Source of the DNA: Nymphaea colorata
Lineage: Eukaryota
NCBI RefSeq assembly: GCF_008831285.2
Contig: NC_045138.2
Coordinates: 21,576,001 to 21,640,000 of the forward strand
Reading direction: 5' to 3'
DNA: 64,000 nucleotides
Under the pieces are notes generated by a model. That model was not told the origin of the DNA, did not search any database, and worked only from the letters and a program-made list of their open reading frames with translations. Shown piece by piece: positions 47,501 through 56,500 of the stretch; position 1 is the stretch's first letter; each line of letters begins with the position of its first letter. A program made the position numbers and the translations under genes.

Positions 47501-50500
47501 TTACTCTACTATTGGTTTATGTTGATGATATGATTGTTACAGGTGATGATAAGGAAGAGATAGCAAGATTAAAGGGTTTACTATCTACTGAATTCGATCT
47601 AAAAGATCTTGGTAAGCTGAAGTATTTTCTGGGTATTGAAATTGCTAGATCAGGTACAACTCTTGTACTTAGTCAAAGGAAGTATACCCTGGATCTACTA
47701 AAAGAGACAGGAAAACTGGGATGCAAACCAGCCTCTACTCCTATAGATGCTGGGCATAAACTTGGTAGCAAAGATGGAGAACTGTTGGGTGAAGAAGCTA
47801 AAGGGAGATATCAACGTCTAGTTGGCAAACTGATTTATCTCACTCTGACTAGACCTGATATCACATTTGCTGTAAATGTGATGAGCCAGTTCATGCATGC
47901 ACCTACAGATGTGCACTTGAAGGCTGTAGATAGAATTTTGTGCTACTTGAAGAAGAATCCCGGAAAGGGACTTCTATATGTGCAACAAAGATCTATTGAA
48001 GTTGAAGGGTATTCTGATGCAGACTGGGCAGGCTGTGTTGACACCAGAAGATCTACTTCAGGATACTGCGTCTACTTGGGGGGAAATTTGGTTGTTTGGA
48101 GAAGCAAGAGACAAGATATGTGTTCCCGCTCGAGTGCAGAGGCTGAATATAGGGCTGTGGCTACTGGGGTATCAGAATTGTTATGGTTGAAGATCTTACT
48201 GACAGATATTGGAATAGAGATTGAAGGGCCTATGAGGATGTATTGTGATAATAAGTCTGCAATTAACTTGGCTAACAACCCGGTTCTTCATGATCGAACA
48301 AAGCATGTGGAGATCGACCGTCACTTCATCAGAGAAAGAATTGATGCTAAGGAATTAACGCTACCTTACATGAAGTCTGAAGACCAAACTGCTGATGTCC
48401 TAACCAAGGCCTTAAGTGTAACTCCATTTGAGAGAAATGTATCCAAGTTGGGCATGTTTGATATGTATGCCCAACTTGAGGGGGAGTGTTGACGGGTTTT
48501 GTTATTCGGGTCCGGATCCGTACCCGATCCGGTTTGTCCTAATTAGGACTACTTATACTTCTGTAAACCCTAATCTTTGAGTTAATGAAGTGTTGAAGAG
48601 AGAGAGTGTCTGGAGGCTAGTGGGCACCAGACCTCCTCACCCGTGGTTTTTCTTCCCTCGAGTCGAGGGTTTTCCACGTTACATCTGTGTGCTTTCTTCT
48701 ACTCTCGTGCACATTTTGTTTCTACAATGATGAATGTGAATGTTATGTTTATTGAATACTCATTGCCGCGGGCAATGATGCAAATGTTTGCACAGTGGGT
48801 AGTTGTACCCATATTGTTATGACGGCTAGCCAAAACTGTTGTGGTTATGTGTAACCCTCGTGTGGAGGCAATTGGAGGTGTGGGTTCACTCGTGAAGTGA
48901 ACCAACCTCAGGAGCTAGCCAGTTAAATGTGTTTGTGCAAGTATAAGTATAAGAATGAAAGAATAAGAGATGAGAGGCCAGTGGGATGTGACTATGTATA
49001 TGGGAGTTGTCCCACTTTCGCCACTGGTCTCGCCTGTTCGGAGCGCAGGCGGTGCAAGGCCCCAGGGTACTGTTGTGTGATGTGCTTGGAGCGTAGGCTC
49101 CCGCCTTCCCAACCTGGGTGTCCTAGGGAAGGCTGAGTATCTCTCCTTGGAATTCACACATCCATGGATGAGTGCTCTACCGCTGCAGCGGATAGATGGA
49201 TCCATACTGTTCTGGGCCACCACGGGGGTTGTCTCTCGGCTGTGGGCCGCCCGCGGTGTGCACGTGCCTGTGTTTGCACCCACAGGAACTGTAAATTCAC
49301 TGATAGTAATGAAACTGCAATGTATGTGATTGAAATATATAGGATTGTTGTGCATGTGACTGTTGTGCTTATGAATGCAAGTGACATGTTGATGATGCCT
49401 TGCATGTGATTGAAATTATGTTATTGTAGCCATTGAGTGGCGTCTGCATGTCGTGTCTTGACACGACATAATGATAGATTGTTCTGATGTTTGTTTGTGT
49501 ACTGAGCCCGACCTAAGAGGGCTTGGACTTTTCCTGGCTTGTTGCCATACTGCGAAGGCTAAGCCTTCAGTTGTTTCCTTTTTTCAGGTTTTGGTGTACC
49601 CGGGGCAGCAGGCTGAGCAGATGGCTACACTCACGTCCTACTGGGGAGGTTTTGGGTTTTGTTTTGTTCTTGTAGTGCCGGCGCGTCGGGTTTTTGGTTT
49701 TACTGATGCCTTGTTTTTGATTAGGCATCGATGTTGTGATTTTGGGGCATTTTTGTCAAATGTACAATTGAATTGAAATGCTATATAATGGAAAGCTTGC
49801 CCCATTGTTTTGAATTGTATGGCTCATTCCTTTTTGAACTATTGTGTAGTCACACCTCGATGTTGGATGTTAGAAAAAAAAAATGTTTGAGTGTCAAAAA
49901 GGTCGGGGTGTGACACATTTGACGCCATGTCCGGCCGCACCAGCACCCGCACTGATGCGGGTGCACGTGCGGGTGCGCCACCATAGTTGGCGCACCCGTG
50001 TGACTTTAAGTTTTACCTTACAAATTCATCTACAATCAATTGTTTTCTTTTTTAGGGGTAAGTCTTGGATTTCAAAGCATTTGCTCTTTTAAGAACTTCT
50101 AACTCTAGGATTATATCTTCTTCTCATTCAATATGAACCTTAGCCTCATTATACTAGGTTGGTTCAAAATAAGAATGTGCAAGTAGACAAGCTTTACGTA
50201 TAGGAGAAGAGATATGAGTGACAAACCTATTCGATACTCTTGATGTCGTTTCCGATCTTCAATTGTGGTTCTTTCCTATTTTGATTGTGACTTTCATTGT
50301 TGTTGATTCCTATTTTGATTGTGCCTTTCATTGTCTTTATTCCTATTTTGATCTTGACTTTCGACAGAATGATTTCCAGTCCTTCTAGTGTAACCAATTT
50401 GGTTTGATGGTTGTTCCTTCCCTAATATCGATTTCCACTTGTCCCTCCATTACCTTATTAAGATTATCATGTTGAATACCACTGCAATCATGATTTTCAT

Positions 50501-53500
50501 AGCTAAATCACAAATAATTACTCATTATGTGACTATGCATATTATAAAAAAGTTAAACAAAAAACCACCCCAACTTTACGTAAATATGTGGGTCTTCACC
50601 ATTGACAATATCTTTTTGCAAAAATTTTACAGAGGTATAGCATGCACGCATTCTGCAGCTTCTAAGCCAAAGCCACTGTTAGTAATGATAATCAAATGTT
50701 GTTGATGCAGGTACAGACAGCACAACATTTTATTCTGGAAAGGAATGTGCATGCAATGGCTTGATATGCAAAGCAGCAAAAGACACAAAGATAATATTAA
50801 GAGCTTGTGTAAAATATGAAATGGAAAGTATACAAAACATAGACCCCATCCTGCATATATCATATAACATGCCTACAAATGATAGAAATTCGCACCAGCA
50901 CCCCAAATATAAAAGTGGTCAACATATGCATGCTGAAATTTTGAAGTACTTTACACCATTACATGGTTACTATATAACGTATTAGAAAATAATGGATGTC
51001 TTTGTCGACATAGTTCCATAAATAAATTGCATTAATCTTCAAACTTGCTGAGAGCAAAAGCATGAGCCATGAGAGACAACCTCTTCAAGGTTACGTAAAA
51101 AATGATTTCTTCCACCACAATATATTTTAGCTCGGCAGTATGGACAAAGTAGAGGTTGACCTTTTCCTAGTAATCGTGTCATCCACTCTGAGAAGCAGCC
51201 ATTACTGTTCAAAGAAAGAAACATAACAGAACTTGCAATACAATTCAATGAAAGAAGCTTAAACAAAGGATACAAATGTACCAGAAATTGTGTAGACAAG
51301 GGGCGACTGTTACAGCATCATGCAATAAATTCAAGCAAATGCTACATTTGAGAAGCTCAATATCGATCGGTACCTAATGATGACAGGAGAATAAATGACC
51401 TCTTCTCTTCATCAAAGATGATCACTGGAGTAAAAGCAATTTAAGCATCCAAGCTTCACCTTGATGCGTTTGTTCAGTTGTTGCTCCATTGGCATCAGTC
51501 TGAAGGTGTAGACAACATGTCCTGAAAATGGACGACAAAGTAAAGATGATCTAATCAAGGTGTACATTTTCCAAGGCAACTAGCATACACCGACCGGCTA
51601 TGATGCATGCACATGGATACGGGTGCCAGTGTCGGACACAAGTACGAGTGTCAGATACTGCAAGCATAAAAAATTGAATACTTGGACTTGGGTATATATA
51701 TATATAAGAGGAAAAGAGAAACAACAAATTGTACAAGCAAAATGCTAATTAAAACTGTTATATAATTAAATAACTGTTTAATAGCTTTATTTCTCTACAC
51801 ATGTAAATAATTTTTATATTAAATTTGGCTTAACTAATTTGAAACTTAATTAAATAAAATAAAGTTTTTTGAAAAATAGGTCTTCCTTTTTCAAAGGACA
51901 ACCAGGGATTGTTCTGTAAAAGGAAAGGCCCTTCTTGTCCTTTTTAAAAGAAAGGATGAAAGAGAAAAGGTGTCAGGATGTCGGGCTTGACTGAGGCAGA
52001 TCTGATTGAAAAAGAAGAAAGTGAAGGGGGAAATGGGAGGGAAAAAGGAATGGCGAAGAAAAGAAAAAGGAAGAGAGGGAGAAGAGAAAGAGAAAAGGGG
52101 AACAAAGAGAGAGAGAGGAAAGAGGAGAAACACGTGTCTTTTTCTTGGACACTTCATCTTCGAAAAATAGTGTGTCCCATGCATGTCGACAAGTATCGCA
52201 TGTCAGTGTCGAACACCAACACTGAAGTGTCCATGCAACATAGCCTACTGGTCATGCAAGAGTCCACAGTTTGCAAGACATCTTTGTATTCTCAGTTATA
52301 GTGGTGTGCACATGAAGGCAGTCAATTTACATCTATAAACAGTAACAGTTGCTCACTTTCCCTATATCATATCTGCATATCAATCACATAATTATGCTCA
52401 ACTTATAACAATAAAAAGAACCAGAAGAGGGAAAAGCATTTTTTAACCACTAATATGGCAAATATATTGCAAGAAAAAAATCTTCAAAAAATTATAGATG
52501 AGAAAAAGTTGAGTATAGCTTTCACTAACCTGCATTTTTGGGCCCGGAAATGATTTCACTACCGCACTTGATAATCAAGTCCTCCTCTTGTCCAAGAGAA
52601 ACCCCATCAACAATAATATTGGTCAGACTGTAGGAACAAAATGGAAGCCAGTGAAACATTGAACAAGCTCCAGAAAAGAAGAGGACATACTCAAAGAAGG
52701 TCTGATAAAATTCAGAAGGCCGTGGCTCACAGGAGCACTCACTCACAAAAATGTGCAACAAAACAACCATGGAAACATAAAACTTTTAATGTCTAAAATG
52801 CTTAAGATTCACATGCAAAAAAAAAAAGGTGGTCGACCCATCTACATAGAAATGAGAGAGAGGGAGAGAAAGAGAACTAGATTAGTGGCTAAAATGGCTC
52901 AAAAGCAAAGAAGAAAAGTAAAAGAAAAAAATACATGATAGGATGTAGAATATATTTGATATATATGTATGTGTACATGGTAAGCCCACACATACACACT
53001 TGCATATAATGATAATTACAATGTAAGACCAAGATGCCCCCACAACCCACTCCCGCCATGCCTCTCTCTCTCACTCTCTCGTTAGAAATTTTACATTACA
53101 TACACACATGTATAGAAAAATGTATATTTTTATAGACTTGTAAATTGTTTTTTTTTTTTTGTATTTTGTTTATTTTCTGTTTTTTTGTTTTTTTGCTCTG
53201 TTTCTAGCCAAGAATAGACCTTGACCAGACAGAACTAGCCACACATCAGATCAGCTGGTCTTTGGTGCATTGCATATAAAGGGGACTTCTGGATATGCTT
53301 CTCTAAGCATTGGTCTCTATTAAAGCTCTTAGTTTTATGATTGTGATTATAATTGCAGCTGCACCTAATGTGACCTTGAAGTGAGATTGTGCCTTATTGC
53401 ACTTATGAGTTATTTTGTTTCTTAAGAGTTGTTTATCACGCTCATTTACCGAACATGATTTTATGTGTTTAAAAGTTGTACTTAATGGTATTAGAGATAT

Positions 53501-56500
53501 GATAGTTGTTGATCCTATTTATCTAGGAACTAAAGTTCTTTAGTGGTTTAAAACTCGCACCAAACAATTGAAGACGCTGAAGTCTTTCCAGTGCTATTGG
53601 AGCTTGTATTTCTTCATTAGTCTAGTCAAAGATTCTCCAATTGTTGTGGTTGCTATCCATACATCTGAACATTGATAAGTACCTTTTCAATTGGATTCAA
53701 ACTCGAATGTTCAAAACATTATCTTGTGCAAGCCAAAAATCAAGAAGCTTAGGTCTTCAAGGTGCAATATCTATGGGGTTATGCAAGTGCATCCAAATCC
53801 AAAGTTAAACCCAAGTCCCCAAAAACTGGAGGAAAAACTGAATCTTGAGAGTGATGGGAGAGACAAGTCTTGGAGAAATAACAAGACAAGCATAATGAAT
53901 GAGACATGAAGACTGCCAAGGAACTTTCTTGGATACTTAATATCGTTGAGACCAGAACTAATTGAGATATTTTTAAGTTCAAGAGAGGAAGGCTGAATTA
54001 TGTCAAAAGCATGTATACCTCAAGAGAAAGTCTCACAAATTTTTTCTACAACAAAAGGCCTTGCATTTCAACCCAGAGAAATGGCGTCAGTCAGGAGTGT
54101 TATAACACCCACTGACTTACTAAATTAAAATTCCAATTTTTTCTATTATTAAATGTAACAGGAGAAAAAAAAAAAGGCAGCGGCAGCGACTGGTGACCAT
54201 CTGCGGAAGTGTTTGAAAATCAAATATTGTTGTTTGTGCTTAAGCACATCGCAGGTATCAGCAAAATAGAAGTAAAATAACATATTGTGACTGCATTACA
54301 GCAAGTCAGAAACATGTAAAATTGGATCAGCATACTGTGAAAAGTTTAGAAGCTGAGCATGTTCAACCATTGTCATTAAAAAATCAGATCAAGTTGCTGG
54401 CATCTACAAGAAGCTACATCAACTTATCACCAATTATAGTTTGAAGCAATGTAGTAAGATGCACATGCAAATCCTGTATTATTGGACCCAAAAGAATATA
54501 TACACGTCATAATTTATAAGCACAACCACAGTTTTGTTCAATACATCTTTTCAAAACTAAAAATGAAATCTGAATGTAATGTTAAACCTTATGTTATGAA
54601 CAGTGGCAGAACTGAAGTCCCTTGTCATTATTTTACACCAATACTCTTTATCAAGTGAAGCAAGTGATGTTGCAGAACAAATAATCATCTCATTAGACTT
54701 GATATCAATCTCCAGCAGGCTTGAATTAGACGGCACTGCAATGAATAGATTTAAGATCCTCAAGAACATAAGAACAAAATGCAAGAGAGAGAGAGAGAGT
54801 TTTGTTTGTGGTTATCCGTTGGACAAGCAGGCAAAAAATATACTGCATGAAAAAATCTGCAAAGAAAACTGCATAAGGAATAAAGAGAAGGAAATAAAAA
54901 GAAGAAACATTTGTATGTGCAGATTCAGTGGTTGATAACATCTTGGTTAAATAGCGCTAGTTCATTTGGTATCTTAGCAGAATACCAAAGTAAAAGTCAT
55001 TTGGCACTATGGAAATGCAAAATCTAATACTAAACAATCAAATGTGCCATTCTAGTAATGGCTTTACGAGGGATTTCAGTTCATTGATCATTCAAACAAG
55101 AGACTCATACATCTTCATCTCTGATAAACATTTACTAGGATTGGCATCATAGATGTATAGAAAAAATAATCATGCTAAAACAGTTTTTATTTGTGATTTG
55201 TAGCTGCACTTGTTGTGCTGCATTCATTTTTTACCTTTGCTGTTGTCCCCATATTCTTGATAACCCACTCTTCCACTATTACTTACAAAATGCTACATAT
55301 GTGGTTCCATAACTAATGAAATGAAACTACCGCACTAATGATACACACTGTCCATCTGTGTCACATGGGTACTTTAAATCTGACGCACCTGTGTCATACC
55401 TGTTTTGCATCTTTTGGTATTTATTTACTTCAAAATGCAAAATTTTCCATTACAATTTTTCATTTTTGTCATATTTTTTATAGGCCAGATGAGGTTAGGC
55501 ACACATCTACCACGTCAAGGAAAAAAAAAGGATGACACCATGACAGGCTCCCCATGTAATACAGAAAACATGTCTGTTTTATCCTTCCAGACTCTAATAA
55601 CAAATGACACATAAGTCTAGCAAGGTAAAATGAATGAAACAGTAGTATTTGCTCCTAAAAATGAAAGAAGCTAAATCTGAAAGTCAAAATTAACTTCCAC
55701 GTGATTTGAATGCCACGATTTCTACCATTTAGAACCCTATTCAACAGCCAAACAACATCTTTCCTTGAGGACTCCATCCAAACCTGGCAAGAAGTGTGTA
55801 TATCCTTCAATATTATCGGCGAAGCCCTCCACTCACACTGCACTAGTTTCATCTATTATTGAATAACCTAATCTCAATGGCCAACTACACAGTCAATGGA
55901 CAGTGAACACATGAAATGGCATGGATAGATTAGTGAACCTCACATGTTCTCATTCCCACAGAGTGGCAACACAAATAATTATTATCTATTCCACTTGTGA
56001 AGACAGCCATCTACCTGCAGGAAGCCAAGATGGAAAATCTTATTTTTTTCTTATTAGTACAAAACATAGAAACATGATTCCAGGTTTCATCCATAGTCCC
56101 ATTTTAGATTTGCATTTTCCTGATTTCTAGTACCCAATTCTACCAATCAATTGAACAGCAAACATCCAAGACTGCTATCCAATTAAAAGGGTTTCGTTTC
56201 CACTATTTTAAAGCTAATCCATATTCTCATTAGCCAGGGAGATCCTCCCAAACAGATCTACCACTCCTTCCGCATAAACAAGGGAAAGCTAAAAAACAAA
56301 TAATAAAGTGTCTCCATTTATCTTTTATACTATGATTAGCTAACTGAACTCCCCAAACCCTGTAACGTTAATTAGCTATGAATTTTTGGCACGTTCCTTA
56401 TTTTTATATATTGATAAACTATGACCCCAAATATGTTATCTTGTAAAACTTCGTGAAATTTTATAAAGCCCACTCTAATTGCAGTGTTTTCCATGTAGCC

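Larger units (their letters stand above)
41663..49915 (+). mobile_element. Ty3/gypsy (Del/Tekay-like) solo LTR, about 2915 bp once copia-2 is removed
   Basis: Termini TGTAACGC...GGGGTGTGACA flanked by a perfect 5-bp TSD CATTT (41658-41662 and 49916-49920). No PBS, PPT or coding region of its own seen. Lineage and strand are inferred from terminal motifs, size and internal layout. Confidence 0.8.
41404..50009. mobile_element. hAT-type MITE (CTATGTCAC family, about 350 bp) split by the solo LTR and copia-2
   Basis: Left end CTATGTCACATGGGTG at 41404; right end CGCACCCGTGTGACTTTAA ending at 50009; 8-bp TSD GTTTTACC at 41396-41403 and 50010-50017; GGTGC-type subterminal repeats. Confidence 0.8.

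Noticed and set aside
50275..50362. Three ~33-bp spaced repeats, superficially CRISPR-like
   Set aside because: Simple degenerate tandem repeat with no unique spacers; eukaryotic intron, no cas genes.
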